Notes: generated by a model from the sequence alone, not told the origin. A stretch of DNA of 64,000 bases from an uncultured Candidatus Saccharibacteria bacterium (GCA_964416765.1 CAYQEU010000001.1:276480-340479); one strand, 5' to 3'; numbered from the stretch's first letter, positions 17,048 through 27,856 are shown. Numbers and translations: made by a program.

Positions 17048-17527
17048 TCAAACAGTTAATTCGTTTTCTGTCTTAATCTCAACGGCCTTTTGCAAGTTTC
17101 GCTCCAACACCGCCGCCGCCGCTATTACGATGACAGACCCAAGGGTTATGATAACTCCCATGGCGAACCCGCCGGTCGCGTCATCATTCCCGTGCGTCAG
17201 CATGATCCAAATTTCTTCAGCTATCACAAAACCGATAACCACCATGGCACAGCGCTTGATTGTCCTCACGGCCTGGACAGCTACAGGGGAAAATATTTTG
17301 TTGGCGCGTGCGTATCCCAAAATCTGGAATGCTTTGTATACGCCGATAAAGAAGGGGATGGAACCGGCATAAACGAGAGCCAGGAAGGGGTCCTTAAAAT
17401 AAATTTCAAAGTTGGTGGCGTGCGCGTTTACCCCTTCGCGCTGGGGTTCAATAATAAGCAGGGCAGCGGCACCAAGGCCAATAAGGACAAGGACTACCTG
17501 AAGGAATATTGTCGCACCTTTTTTCAT
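17048..17527 (-). CDS. DUF2975-like membrane protein, copy 2.
   Basis: Tandem paralog of 16574..17038. Confidence 0.55.
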   Translation of the reverse strand: MKKGATIFLQVVLVLIGLGAAALLIIEPQREGVNAHATNFEIYFKDPFLALVYAGSIPFFIGVYKAFQILGYARANKIFSPVAVQAVRTIKRCAMVVIGFVIAEEIWIMLTHGNDDATGGFAMGVIITLGSVIVIAAAAVLERNLQKAVEIKTENELTV

Positions 17528-17686
17528 ACAGATGTGGGTTTTAGTTGGTTATATTAGCAGGGTAATAGCTTATTTATCGTTTGTCAATATATTTTTGCTG
17601 ATAAGTATTATTTAATCTTGACAAAAAGTAGAAAATGTGCTATCATTATATATTACGCCTACAGAGGCAATTTTAGGAGGGCTCTT

Positions 17687-18445
17687 ATGTATAAGAGAGA
17701 TTTTAGGTATTCCTGGTTAACCCGGGTCCTGAAAACTTGGGTGCGGCGGTATTTCCCCGTACCGAAGTCGCCATATACCGCGGGGTATGTGGAGGACATC
17801 TGTTCGGTTAACCTCGTCCCGCCTGAAAAACTGAAAAAGTTTTTTGCTGCTTGCATCAAAGAGCTTCAGGTTTTGAAAGGTGCCAACATTGGAGACTACT
17901 GGGAATTCGGTGTCTTCAACGGCTCCTCAATGTCGAGCATGTATAATACGTGCCGCGAGTTGGGGTTAACGAAAACCCGTTTCTTCGGGTTCGACGCGTT
18001 CGAGGGCTTGCCACCGGAAGCGGAAAACGAGGACGACGGCGTCTGGAAGAAAGGGTTCTACCACTGCTCTTTCGACAAACTCGAAAGGTGCTTGGTGCGC
18101 CGGGGCGTGGACCCGGGCAACATCACTTGGGTAAAGGGATGGTTCAACCAAACCTTAAACAGCAAGACTGTTTGCCGGTACGGGTTAAGCAATCCGGGCA
18201 TAGTCTTCATAGACTGCGATACTTACAGTTCCTCCAAGACAGTTTTGGATTTCATCGCGCCGCTCATAACGGCGGAAACCATCATCTGTCTGGACGATTG
18301 GAAGCTTAACGACCTCGACCTTAAAGGTATGGGGGAGTATAAGGCTTTCAACGAGTTCCTGGATGAGAACCCTCATCTGCGAGCCGAGGAATTAATCTCC
18401 TACAACCGAAAGTCGAAGACTTTCCTAATCACCCCACTAAGCTGA
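17687..18445 (+). CDS. Class I SAM-dependent O-methyltransferase (TylF/MycF family).
   Basis: FGFDAFEGLP motif and VFIDCDTYSS. AGGAGG lies 8 nt upstream of the ATG at 17687. Confidence 0.7.
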   Translation: MYKRDFRYSWLTRVLKTWVRRYFPVPKSPYTAGYVEDICSVNLVPPEKLKKFFAACIKELQVLKGANIGDYWEFGVFNGSSMSSMYNTCRELGLTKTRFFGFDAFEGLPPEAENEDDGVWKKGFYHCSFDKLERCLVRRGVDPGNITWVKGWFNQTLNSKTVCRYGLSNPGIVFIDCDTYSSSKTVLDFIAPLITAETIICLDDWKLNDLDLKGMGEYKAFNEFLDENPHLRAEELISYNRKSKTFLITPLS

Positions 18446-18487
18446 GGGCGGAGAACTTGTTTTTCTGCCCTCCCACCATTTCAACTG

Positions 18488-18508
18488 TCGCCTAAAGGCG
18501 ATTTTTTT
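18488..18508 (+). terminator. Rho-independent terminator tcgcc-taaa-ggcga followed by TTTTTTT.
   Basis: Hairpin plus T-run after the methyltransferase gene. Confidence 0.55.
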
Positions 18509-18582
18509 GTGCCCGCTGCTTTTTCCTGTTATCCAAGGGTTTTATGGGAAGTAATGTATAATAAATACAAAGCTTTCTCCGC

Positions 18583-21276
18583 ATGAATAAAATATTGTGG
18601 CACGTAAAATCAAAACAGCAGGTGCAGCGCCATTTTGGGGTGCCCGAATCCGGCCTGGAACTGCGCCAAGTGGAGGAAAACCAACTAAAATATGGACCTA
18701 ACGCCCTGCCGGAAGCTAGGGCTGATTCTTTGGCAGTTATTTTTTTGCGGCAGTTCCAGAGCCCGCTAATCTACATCCTCCTGGCGGCCAGTGTGGTTAT
18801 TTTTTTTATTAATGAGCTGACCGACGCTGCTATCATTCTTTTTATATTAGTTTTCAACGCGGTCGTGGGAACGATCCAGGAAGGGAAAGCGCAGAACACC
18901 CTGGCATCACTCAAAAAATTCGTGGAAACCAAGGCCACGGTCCTGCGCGCCGGTATCGAAGAAATTTTGAAAGACACGGAGGTTGTTCCGGGTGATATTT
19001 TGGTCCTGCGGGAGGGTGATAAAGTCCCCGCGGACGCCCGCGTTATAGAGTCCGAAGGGCTGACTTTGGACGAAGCCGCGCTTACCGGGGAATCACAGCC
19101 GGTTTATAAATCCGCTGACGCGCTGCGCAACGGGAACCTGCCCCCGGCCGAACAGCGCAACATGCTGTTCAAAGGGACCAACGTGGTGGCCGGGTCCGGC
19201 AAGGCAATTGTAGTGGCCATTGGGGCCGAAAGTTTAATTGGTGCCATATCGGCAAAGATTTCGGCGATAGAGTCAGAAGACCCGCTGAAGCGTGATGTCA
19301 GCAAACTGTCCCGGTTCATTATTTTGTGCGTCTCAGTAATTTGCGCCGGGCTTTTCCTGTTTGGAATATTGACGGGACAATCCGTCAAGGACATGTTCAC
19401 GGTGGTGGTTTCGCTCTCTGTTTCAATAATTCCGGAAGGGCTCCCCATTGTGTTAACTCTGGTCTTGGCTACCGGCGTCTGGCGGATGAGCAAGCGCAAC
19501 GCGTTGGTTAAGAAGCTGCAGGCGGTGGAAAGTTTGGGGCAGGCCACAGTGATCGCCGTTGATAAAACCGGCACTATTACGAAAAATGAGTTGGTGGTGC
19601 GGAAAGCGTTTGTCGCAGGGCAGGAGTTTGATGTAGAAGGGGACGGATATAGTGCTGTCGGCAGCGTGTTTCTCGCCGGCAAAAAAATTGAGCATAAAAA
19701 TTTTCCCGATTTGTTAAAGCTTGGTGAAGCCGCAGCGCTATGCGCTAACGCCAGCGTGGCGTTTAATGAAAGTAGCCAGACCACCCAAGTTGCGGGTGAC
19801 CCGACGGAAGGGGCTTTGGTCGTGTTCGCCGAAAAGCTGGGGCGGCCGAAGGATGTCATGGAGCAAACGTACCAGAAACTTTCCGAACTACCCTTTTCTT
19901 ACCAGAGTAAATATCATGCCGTGGTCCATGGCAACGGGAGCCGCCGGTCTCTAACGGTTGTCGGAGCGCCAGAAAAAATTGTCGACCTCTGCGCGAATGT
20001 ATGGCAGGGGAAACGCGCCGCGCGTTTGACGGCGGCGGAGAAGAGTGGTTTGGCGGAACGAATCAACCAAATGTCGAAGTCGGGGTTGCGCGTGGTGGGA
20101 ATAGCGTATAAAAGTATAAAGCAGGACGCGGTTAATTCTGATGAAGTGTCGGGATTAACTTTTTTGGGATTCGTCGGCATGGAAGATACATTGCGCGCGG
20201 AAGTACCGGATGCTCTGTCGCGCGCCCGGTCGGCTGGCATGCGGGTTGTCATGATTACGGGCGACCACAAGCTAACCGCGGAAGCAATCGCCACCCAGGC
20301 CGGAATATTCCGCAAAGGTGACCAGGTGTTGACTGGCATGGAAATTGATAACCTGAGCAAAGAACAACTGGCTGGTTTTCTTGGCAAGGTTGCCGTGTTT
20401 GCCAGGGTCACTCCCGAACATAAACTCAGGATTATTGAAGCGTACAAGCACGCCGGGGAAATTATTGCCATGACCGGTGACGGGGTGAACGATGCCCCGC
20501 CCCTTGTGGCAGCTGACTTGGGAGTTGCCATGGGTAAGATTGGCACTGAAGTGGCAAAGGAAGCAGCGGACATAATTTTGCTGGACGATAATTTTGGCAG
20601 TATTGTCTCCGCGGTGGAAGAAGGCCGCAGTATTTATAAGACCACAAAAAAAGTCATTTTATATCTGTTCTCCACCAGCTTCGGCGAAGTTTTGACCATT
20701 ACCGGGGCGTTGGTACTGGGGCTGCCGCTGCCAGTATTGGCGGTCCAGCTGTTGTGGCTCAATTTTGTAACTGATGGTTTTTTGGATGTGTCCCTCGCCA
20801 TGGAGCCTCGGGAAGAGGGTCTGTTGCATAAACGCGCACCCGCAGGATCGTCATCTCTGCTCGACGCGTTGATGCTTAAGCGCATGCTAACCATGGCTTT
20901 GCCCATGGCGATTGGGGCCCTGCTCTTGTTCTCGCGCTACGTTGGAGGTGACATGGTTAAGGCCTGGACAGTTTCCGTGACGGTGCTCGCGGTGTTCCAG
21001 TGGTTTAACGCGTGGAACTGCCGGAGCGAAAGGCAGTCCATCTTTAGGCATAATATATTCTCCAATAAGTATTTGCTCGGGGCCACGGCGATTGTAGGGT
21101 CACTGCAGCTCCTCGCGGTTTATCACCCTTTCTTCCAAAACTACCTGCGCACTACTGCGTTAAACCTTACCGAATGGGGAATGATAATCGCCACGGCCGC
21201 TTCCATAATATTAGTGGAAGAAATCCGTAAATATTTCTACCGCCGGCAAGAACTGAATTTTAACAAAATTACATGA
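18583..21276 (+). CDS. Cation-transporting P-type ATPase (Ca2+-type, P2A/P2B-like).
   Basis: TGES, DKTGTIT, ITGDHKLTA and GDGVNDAP motifs. 10 TM helices. Confidence 0.9.
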   Translation: MNKILWHVKSKQQVQRHFGVPESGLELRQVEENQLKYGPNALPEARADSLAVIFLRQFQSPLIYILLAASVVIFFINELTDAAIILFILVFNAVVGTIQEGKAQNTLASLKKFVETKATVLRAGIEEILKDTEVVPGDILVLREGDKVPADARVIESEGLTLDEAALTGESQPVYKSADALRNGNLPPAEQRNMLFKGTNVVAGSGKAIVVAIGAESLIGAISAKISAIESEDPLKRDVSKLSRFIILCVSVICAGLFLFGILTGQSVKDMFTVVVSLSVSIIPEGLPIVLTLVLATGVWRMSKRNALVKKLQAVESLGQATVIAVDKTGTITKNELVVRKAFVAGQEFDVEGDGYSAVGSVFLAGKKIEHKNFPDLLKLGEAAALCANASVAFNESSQTTQVAGDPTEGALVVFAEKLGRPKDVMEQTYQKLSELPFSYQSKYHAVVHGNGSRRSLTVVGAPEKIVDLCANVWQGKRAARLTAAEKSGLAERINQMSKSGLRVVGIAYKSIKQDAVNSDEVSGLTFLGFVGMEDTLRAEVPDALSRARSAGMRVVMITGDHKLTAEAIATQAGIFRKGDQVLTGMEIDNLSKEQLAGFLGKVAVFARVTPEHKLRIIEAYKHAGEIIAMTGDGVNDAPPLVAADLGVAMGKIGTEVAKEAADIILLDDNFGSIVSAVEEGRSIYKTTKKVILYLFSTSFGEVLTITGALVLGLPLPVLAVQLLWLNFVTDGFLDVSLAMEPREEGLLHKRAPAGSSSLLDALMLKRMLTMALPMAIGALLLFSRYVGGDMVKAWTVSVTVLAVFQWFNAWNCRSERQSIFRHNIFSNKYLLGATAIVGSLQLLAVYHPFFQNYLRTTALNLTEWGMIIATAASIILVEEIRKYFYRRQELNFNKIT

Positions 21277-22250
21277 CGGTACTGGTCCATTTACTATTGT
21301 TTGTTTTATCGGCGGGGGTAGTCTGGTTTTTTGCCGGGATGCTCATTGAATCAGTAAATAACGTCGCTAAGAGGTTCCACCAGAGCGGTTTTACGGTGGC
21401 GTTTTTTGTTCTTGGCTTTTTGACCTCCATTAGCGAAATTTCAGTAATGGTAAATTCGAGCATCAACCAAACGCCCCAAATATCAGCGGGGAATTTAGTG
21501 GGGGCATCTTTCGTTATTCTGCTCTTTATAGTCCCGCTTCTGGCGATTGTGGGCAAGGGCGTCCAGCTTCGAAACACGCTCCGGCACAAGTATCTGGCTA
21601 TCGCGCTGTTTGCGGTGGCGTTGCCCGCCCTGCTTATGCTTGATGGGAGTGTAAGCAGGAGTGAAGGTGTTATGTGTTTCCTGCTCTATGGAACTCTAAT
21701 TTATTTTATCCGCAAAGAACATTCCAAATCCGCCCCCGAGATTGTAGTAGCGGTTAGCGAGGAACTGATTGACAGAAAGAAAGCGACGGCGAAAGACGTT
21801 ATTAAAATAGTGATCGGCGCCGCTTTTATTTTTATTTCCGGCCACTTGCTCGTTGATGAGGCCGGCTATTTTTCGCAGGTCTTAAGCATTCCTTCGTCTA
21901 TCATCGGTTTGGTATTGCTTTCAATTGGGACAAATATACCGGAACTGGTAATCGCGGTTCGCTCAGTATTAAAGAAGCATAAGGACATCGCCTTTGGTGA
22001 TTACCTCGGTTCTACCGTCACTAACACTTTGGTATTTGCTTTCCTTCCCTGGATTAACGGCAAGTTTTCCGTCGAGCCTTCTGAATTCATAGACGCGGCA
22101 GTGCTGATGGTAATCGGCTTAGTGGGATTTTTCTTTTTTGCCAAGTCAAAAAATAAAATTACCCGGAGGGAAGGATTTGCCCTGATCGCCGTGTATGGTG
22201 CTTTTTTGGTAATCCAGGCCATAAACTTGGTAAGATTTGCAACTGACTAA
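21273..22250 (+). CDS. Ca2+/Na+ antiporter (CaCA family, YrbG-like).
   Basis: Two alpha-repeat motifs, GNLVGASFVILLFIVPL and GTNIPELVIAV. Its start overlaps the ATPase stop (ATGA). Confidence 0.8.
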   Translation: MTVLVHLLLFVLSAGVVWFFAGMLIESVNNVAKRFHQSGFTVAFFVLGFLTSISEISVMVNSSINQTPQISAGNLVGASFVILLFIVPLLAIVGKGVQLRNTLRHKYLAIALFAVALPALLMLDGSVSRSEGVMCFLLYGTLIYFIRKEHSKSAPEIVVAVSEELIDRKKATAKDVIKIVIGAAFIFISGHLLVDEAGYFSQVLSIPSSIIGLVLLSIGTNIPELVIAVRSVLKKHKDIAFGDYLGSTVTNTLVFAFLPWINGKFSVEPSEFIDAAVLMVIGLVGFFFFAKSKNKITRREGFALIAVYGAFLVIQAINLVRFATD

Positions 22251-22270
22251 CTAATCCTGGCGTTATATAG

Positions 22271-22615
22271 TTGTATAATTACGCATATAATAGAATGGAA
22301 TCACAAGGTTTTTGTCTTCTCAACAAATTAACAACTAAACCGGGACACCGGGATGAGGTGGTTAAGATTCTGCTCGAATCGGCGCGGCCCTTTGAGGATA
22401 ACCCTTCCTGCATTCTTTATCGTGTTTTTAAGGACATGGCTGATGAAAACGCAATTTGGGTGGAGGATGCCTGGGCCAACAAAGAAGACCATGAGAAGGC
22501 CCTTAAAACCGCCGAGATGGCCGTATATATAGAAAAATGCATGCCGCTCTTGGAAGGGTTGCCGGAACAAATTAAGGTGGAATACGTGGGCGGCAAACCG
22601 TTACCTCAAAGGTAG
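22271..22615 (+). CDS. Antibiotic-biosynthesis-monooxygenase (ABM) domain protein.
   Basis: 114 aa with the ABM ferredoxin-like fold pattern. Confidence 0.55.
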   Translation: MYNYAYNRMESQGFCLLNKLTTKPGHRDEVVKILLESARPFEDNPSCILYRVFKDMADENAIWVEDAWANKEDHEKALKTAEMAVYIEKCMPLLEGLPEQIKVEYVGGKPLPQR

Positions 22616-22710
22616 CCCTTCAAGCTAAGGGGGTTAATAAAGGGCCTGTTTTTTGTTATTATTACTCAGTATCAATTAGCACACCGCACGTTTTATCAAT
22701 TAATTAAAAT

Positions 22711-23469
22711 ATGGAAACACTATTAAAAGTCCATGATTTGAAGAAAACCTACGCTGGAGATTTTGAAGCGGTTAAAGGGGTTTCTTTTGAAGTGGCAAAA
22801 GGCGAGGTATTTGGAATTTTGGGACCCAACGGCGCTGGAAAGACGACGACTCTGGAAATGATTGAGGGACTGCGCGACATAACTTCAGGGGACGTGGTTC
22901 TCGACGGAATCAGCACAAAGGAAAATCCCTATGCGGTAAAAGAGCGGATTGGAATCCAATTGCAGTCCTCCGCGTTTTTTCCGAACTTAAACCTGACTGA
23001 ATTGCTTAACATGTTTTCTGACTTGTATGGCCAGACTAATGATCCCATCGAATTGCTGCGCGAAGTGGGTCTAGAAGAAAAAGCGACTGCGCGCGTGAAG
23101 GATTTATCGGGCGGTCAAAAACAGCGCTTCAGTATTGCAACCACGCTGGTCAACAAACCAATTGCGATTTTTCTGGACGAGCCAACGACCGGCCTCGACC
23201 CCCAGGCTCGCCGCAACCTTTGGGATTTAATTAACCAGATTCGTTCCAAGGGGACTACTATTATTATCACCACCCACTACATGGATGAAGCCCAGGTTTT
23301 GTGTGACCGGGTTGCAATTATGGACGACGGGAAGATTGTGGCGCTGGACACCCCCAACAACCTCATTAAACAATTGCTTGATCGCGGCTTTACACCTAAC
23401 ACATCAGTACCTCCAGCCACGCTTGAAGACGTATTCATTGACCTGACCGGAAAGGAGCTGCGAGACTAA
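22711..23469 (+). CDS. ABC transporter ATP-binding protein.
   Basis: Walker A GPNGAGKTT, signature LSGGQKQR, Walker B IFLDEPTTGLD. Confidence 0.85.
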   Translation: METLLKVHDLKKTYAGDFEAVKGVSFEVAKGEVFGILGPNGAGKTTTLEMIEGLRDITSGDVVLDGISTKENPYAVKERIGIQLQSSAFFPNLNLTELLNMFSDLYGQTNDPIELLREVGLEEKATARVKDLSGGQKQRFSIATTLVNKPIAIFLDEPTTGLDPQARRNLWDLINQIRSKGTTIIITTHYMDEAQVLCDRVAIMDDGKIVALDTPNNLIKQLLDRGFTPNTSVPPATLEDVFIDLTGKELRD

Positions 23470-24569
23470 TGAACAAGACTTTTACTTCCATAAAAACTCT
23501 GACCGTCGCGTCCATGCGGATGTACTTCCGCAACCGGGGAGCCGTTATATTCACTTTGATTTTGCCGCTTGCGCTGCTGTCAGTTTTTGGCTTCTTGTCC
23601 AAAAGCAATAATGCCGCAATCACTGTTGAGCTAACCAACAATTCCAACACGGAAATCGCCAAAAATTTGGTTAAGTCAATTCAGGACATCAAAGCATTCA
23701 AAGTCAAAGAAGTTTCGCAGTCGGAAGCCGCTGATGCTTTGGGAAAGGGGAACGCGGACCTTCAGGTTATAATTCCCGAACAATTCGGCACGAGGGATGA
23801 TAAAGGTGGTTTGGCAAATGCCGCCATCACAACCCACTACAATGCCGCTAAGCCGCAAAACGGCCAGGCCGCCAATCTTATCATTACCCAGGTGGTTAAT
23901 GGTTTTAACAACCAGTTAACGCACGCGCCGCAGCCGCTCACTATTGAGTCTTCCGGTGTACAGACGAACAACCTGAATTACTTCGACTTTATTCTTCCCG
24001 GTATTTTGGCCATGACCATAATGCAGTTAGGTATTTTCGGGGTTTCTTTCGCTTTCGTTTCGCTTAAGGCTAGCGGCGCGTTGCGCCGTCTGCAGGCTAC
24101 TCCGGTTCATCCCCGTAATTTCGTCTTTGCCCAAGCGGTTACCCGGTTAGTCATTACCATGGCGACCGTGGCCCTACTCCTTATTCTTGGGATCAAATTC
24201 TTTAATTTTCACATGATTGGGAATTATGCTTCTTTTGGGCTCGTAACCATTTTGGGGATCTTGGTGTTCTTGGGTATTGGGTTTGGGGTTGCCGGTTGGG
24301 CCAAAGATGAGAACCAAGTTGCGCCGGTGGCTAACGTCATCCAACTGCCAATGTTGTTTTTGTCCGGAATCTTTTTCCCCCGCGATTCATTTCCTAATTG
24401 GCTCCACACCGTCACTAACTTTTTCCCTCTGACTTACTTGAGTGACGCCCTGCATAAGATAGCCAATGAGGGGGTTCATCTAAGCGCTTTGGGAGGAGAC
24501 TTACTCGGCCTGATTATTTGGGGAGTTGTTATATACATCCTGGCCATAAACCTGTTCCGCTGGGAATAG
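23469..24569 (+). CDS. ABC-2 type transporter permease.
   Basis: 6 TM helices. Overlaps the ATPase stop. Confidence 0.7.
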   Translation: MNKTFTSIKTLTVASMRMYFRNRGAVIFTLILPLALLSVFGFLSKSNNAAITVELTNNSNTEIAKNLVKSIQDIKAFKVKEVSQSEAADALGKGNADLQVIIPEQFGTRDDKGGLANAAITTHYNAAKPQNGQAANLIITQVVNGFNNQLTHAPQPLTIESSGVQTNNLNYFDFILPGILAMTIMQLGIFGVSFAFVSLKASGALRRLQATPVHPRNFVFAQAVTRLVITMATVALLLILGIKFFNFHMIGNYASFGLVTILGILVFLGIGFGVAGWAKDENQVAPVANVIQLPMLFLSGIFFPRDSFPNWLHTVTNFFPLTYLSDALHKIANEGVHLSALGGDLLGLIIWGVVIYILAINLFRWE

Positions 24570-24611
24570 CAGAAAATTAAAATAAAAAATATCATATTTG
24601 CTGATTGGATA

Positions 24612-25067
24612 ATGTTAATTGCTGCGATAGTACTGGCCCAGGCCGTAGGCGCGGTGGGTACGATTTTTACCGCGCGCAAAATCCCAACGTGGTACAAGGG
24701 CCTGCGGAAACCAAAACTTTCGCCGCCTAATTGGATATTTGGCCCGGTTTGGGTGACCCTGTTCGCATTAATGGGGATCGCTTCTTTCCTAGTATGGAGA
24801 GAAGGTTGGGATGCCGCTCCGGTCAAATTGGCGCTGCTAATGTACGCAGCACAGTTCATCCTAAATGTGTTATGGTCAGCAATATTTTTCGGTTTGGAAA
24901 ATCCGTGGGCTGCCTTTGTTGAAATCTTGGTGTTGTGGATTGCTATTGCCGCGACAATTGCTTCATTCAGCCAAGTGTCCGGTATCGCGGCATGGCTGTT
25001 GCTTCCTTACCTTATGTGGGTAACTTTTGCGGGTTACTTAAACTATAAAATTTGGCGTCTAAACTAA
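24612..25067 (+). CDS. tspO: TspO/MBR tryptophan-rich sensory protein.
   Basis: Five TM helices and the WxFGPVW, LLPYLMWVTFA signature. Confidence 0.8.
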   Translation: MLIAAIVLAQAVGAVGTIFTARKIPTWYKGLRKPKLSPPNWIFGPVWVTLFALMGIASFLVWREGWDAAPVKLALLMYAAQFILNVLWSAIFFGLENPWAAFVEILVLWIAIAATIASFSQVSGIAAWLLLPYLMWVTFAGYLNYKIWRLN

Positions 25068-26068
25068 TGAATAAAATAAAACTTTTACCATTACTTTTTT
25101 TGGCTGGATTTCTGCTATGGGCCGCTCCGGCCAAAGCCGACCAGCTTATCGGTTCACCAATTGTCCAGGATCCGTCGGCGCTAACGACACGAGTCACCAA
25201 AAAGATTAACATTGCGAACTATGCCCCCACTGACTTGGTTTCTTTGGGCGCTTTGACCGGTGGTTCGGGCCAGTACCTGCGCCAAGTGGCCTACAATGAC
25301 CTTAAGGCCATGTTTGATGACGCCGCCGTCGCTAACCTGCCGCTTAAGGTTACCTCCGCTTACCGCAGTTTTTCCGAGCAACAACAACTTTACACTAACG
25401 GGACTTCCGGTGACCCGAATGGTTCGGATGTCATCGCCAAGCCGGGTTATTCGGAACACCAATTGGGGTTGGCATTAGATATTGGGGCCGCTAATACTTT
25501 ATCGGGATTCGGATCCACTCCGCAATCGGCCTGGCTCCAGTCCAACGCCTACAAATATGGGTTTGCCTTATCCTACCCAAGTGGAAAGGAATCCATAACC
25601 GGTTATACTTATGAGCCATGGCACTACCGGTATATTGGCCGCTCCGAAGCCGCTGCCTGGAAACAATCAGGTCTTGTATTGGAACAGTACCTTGCCTTGA
25701 AGCCGCAGCTTTACCTGACGCTTTCCTTAACAGGGCAGGTTATCAAACTGCAAAACGACCCCACTGTGTACATAGTGAATTCGAACGGGACAAAGCGCGG
25801 ATTCATAAATGCCGCCGCTTTTCTTTCTTACGGATATCAATGGGGCGATATCCTTTTAGTCCCGCAAGACCAATTAGCCGGCCTTCCGGAAACAAAAGTA
25901 GTGAAGCTTCAGGGCGACCCGACGGTGTACCAATTTAACGCCGACAAAACAAGGCAGGCCATTGCTTCCGAGGCCGCCTACTTACAGCTCGGCTACAAGT
26001 GGAGTGATATAGTTGAAATTAACGCGACCGAACTGGCCGGGTACCAGGTCGGTCCAATAATCAAATAA
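25052..26068 (+). CDS. D-alanyl-D-alanine carboxypeptidase-like M15 (VanY) peptidase with a C-terminal repeat domain.
   Basis: SAYRSFSEQQQLY, SEHQLGLALDI and EPWHYRY motifs. Confidence 0.75.
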   Translation: MASKLMNKIKLLPLLFLAGFLLWAAPAKADQLIGSPIVQDPSALTTRVTKKINIANYAPTDLVSLGALTGGSGQYLRQVAYNDLKAMFDDAAVANLPLKVTSAYRSFSEQQQLYTNGTSGDPNGSDVIAKPGYSEHQLGLALDIGAANTLSGFGSTPQSAWLQSNAYKYGFALSYPSGKESITGYTYEPWHYRYIGRSEAAAWKQSGLVLEQYLALKPQLYLTLSLTGQVIKLQNDPTVYIVNSNGTKRGFINAAAFLSYGYQWGDILLVPQDQLAGLPETKVVKLQGDPTVYQFNADKTRQAIASEAAYLQLGYKWSDIVEINATELAGYQVGPIIK

Positions 26069-26069
26069 C

Positions 26070-26690
26070 ATGAAAAAAATTATATTCCTTAGTGGGATAC
26101 TGCTCTTGGCGCTGGGTTGCAACCGGCAGGTTAGCCCCGGCCCCAATGCCCCTGCTAATCACTCCGAACCGGTTTCCAACAGCCAGCAATCATCAAATTC
26201 CCAACCGCAGTTACAGGGATATGCCAATTCGACTTACGGAGTGTCCTTACAGTATCCGGCTGATTTTACTTTTACTGACGCAACCTACGCGAATCTGGAC
26301 CAAAAAATCGTCCAGCTCTCCCTGGGACAGTCCAGTTACCCTGGTACGAATTTTGGGGATGCGGGGGTTGCGATTAGCACACAGAGCGCGTCTTCACTCA
26401 AGCAATGTCTGCAAATAAATTTGCCGGAGAACGCTAAAGGCTTTAAAGAAACCCGAGACATTAACGGAACTACTTTCTCTGCGGGGCAGTCTACCGGTGC
26501 GGGGGCGGGCAATATCTATAATTCTCGCGTTTACCGCGCGTACCGAAACAATTCCTGTTACGAACTAGTCGAAACAATTCACACTTCCAACATCGGCAAT
26601 TACGAACCGGGCACCGTCAAGGAAGTTGGCGCGGATGCCGTTTGGCATCGCCTGGACCAAATAACCAAAACTTTTAAATTCGCAAATTGA
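26070..26690 (+). CDS. Lipoprotein, hypothetical.
   Basis: LLLALGC lipobox. Confidence 0.5.
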   Translation: MKKIIFLSGILLLALGCNRQVSPGPNAPANHSEPVSNSQQSSNSQPQLQGYANSTYGVSLQYPADFTFTDATYANLDQKIVQLSLGQSSYPGTNFGDAGVAISTQSASSLKQCLQINLPENAKGFKETRDINGTTFSAGQSTGAGAGNIYNSRVYRAYRNNSCYELVETIHTSNIGNYEPGTVKEVGADAVWHRLDQITKTFKFAN

Positions 26691-27163
26691 TTTTTTACGA
26701 TTCTAACAACGGTGCCCATACGCTACAGGAGAATGAAGCCGTTCAATGGCGGGTTTCAGCTTATGCTATCGTCCTAAATGAGGAAGGGAAGCTTTTGTTA
26801 GTCACGCCAACCTGGCGGGATACCTACGACATCCCGGGCGGGGGAGTAGAACCCAATGAGGAAATCGCCGAAGGGCTAAAGCGGGAGGTTTATGAAGAAA
26901 CGGGCTACAAGATTAAAGTTGTTGATAACTACCCATTTTATATTTCCGAAACCAACTTTTATTGGCAAAGCCAGCCCAACCCTTTTCGCCATTCAGTAAA
27001 TATGTTTTTTAGGGCCGAACTTGAAAGTTTAGAACAAAATCTGGGAGCGGTTAATGTGGCCGTACCAAACGAAATAGCCAAAATCGAATGGGTTGGTATT
27101 TCGACTATCACCAAGGAAAATTGCCACTGGATGTATTTACCCGCCATCGAAAAATTGGGCTAA
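26687..27163 (+). CDS. NUDIX hydrolase.
   Basis: Nudix box GGGVEPNEEIAEGLKREVYEETG. Confidence 0.75.
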   Translation: MIFYDSNNGAHTLQENEAVQWRVSAYAIVLNEEGKLLLVTPTWRDTYDIPGGGVEPNEEIAEGLKREVYEETGYKIKVVDNYPFYISETNFYWQSQPNPFRHSVNMFFRAELESLEQNLGAVNVAVPNEIAKIEWVGISTITKENCHWMYLPAIEKLG

Positions 27164-27181
27164 CTTTGATATCATTTAAAC

Positions 27182-27856
27182 ATGACGAATAAAAAAACTG
27201 TTAAGAAAGTAGCAAAAAAGGTTAAGAACGGCGAAGCTCCACAAATTAAGGCGGTGGTATTTGATTTGGGCGGGGTGATTATGAGCGGTGGTTATTTGCC
27301 GTTCCTGCACCATTACTGCCTTAACGCGTTAAAAGGCGCGGGCAAAAAGAAAATTGACCGTTTAGAGCATGAAGTTAACCTTGGCAAAATCACTGAGAAC
27401 CAGTTTTACAAAGAAATCCAGCGTGTGTTTGACGTGCATCTAACCCCCAAGCAAATGCACCAAAAGATCGTGGAAAAGATGCAGACCGACAAAAGCCTAG
27501 TGCATTTTATCCCTCACCTCAAGAAAACAAAAGTCGCTTTGTTTACCAACTCAATCGGCAGCATGGCGGTTGACGTTTTGCATAAGCGGGGAGTGCCGGT
27601 TAGGAAAACTTTCGATAACCTATTCATTTCCAGCAAGATCCATTTAGCCAAACCGGACGCAAAAGCCTACCATTACGTGATAAAGAAATTAAAAGTAAAA
27701 CCCGGGGAAGCTTTAATGGTTGATGACCGACCGGAGAACATCCGCGGCGCAAAAAAAATCGGGATGCAGGGAGTGGTTTACAAGAACGCGGGTCAGTTCA
27801 AGAAGGAGTTAAAAAAATACCGGTTTGGCGTGCGAAAACAATTAAACAAAAAATAA
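27182..27856 (+). CDS. HAD-family hydrolase.
   Basis: VVFDLGGV motif I and a C-terminal (M)VDD motif. Confidence 0.65.
   Translation: MTNKKTVKKVAKKVKNGEAPQIKAVVFDLGGVIMSGGYLPFLHHYCLNALKGAGKKKIDRLEHEVNLGKITENQFYKEIQRVFDVHLTPKQMHQKIVEKMQTDKSLVHFIPHLKKTKVALFTNSIGSMAVDVLHKRGVPVRKTFDNLFISSKIHLAKPDAKAYHYVIKKLKVKPGEALMVDDRPENIRGAKKIGMQGVVYKNAGQFKKELKKYRFGVRKQLNKK

Noticed and set aside
19104-20573. Several long minus-strand ORFs inside the P-type ATPase gene.
   Set aside because: They are antisense to a gene with all P-type ATPase motifs, and their composition (Ala/Ser/Pro/Thr-rich) is typical of spurious antisense frames.
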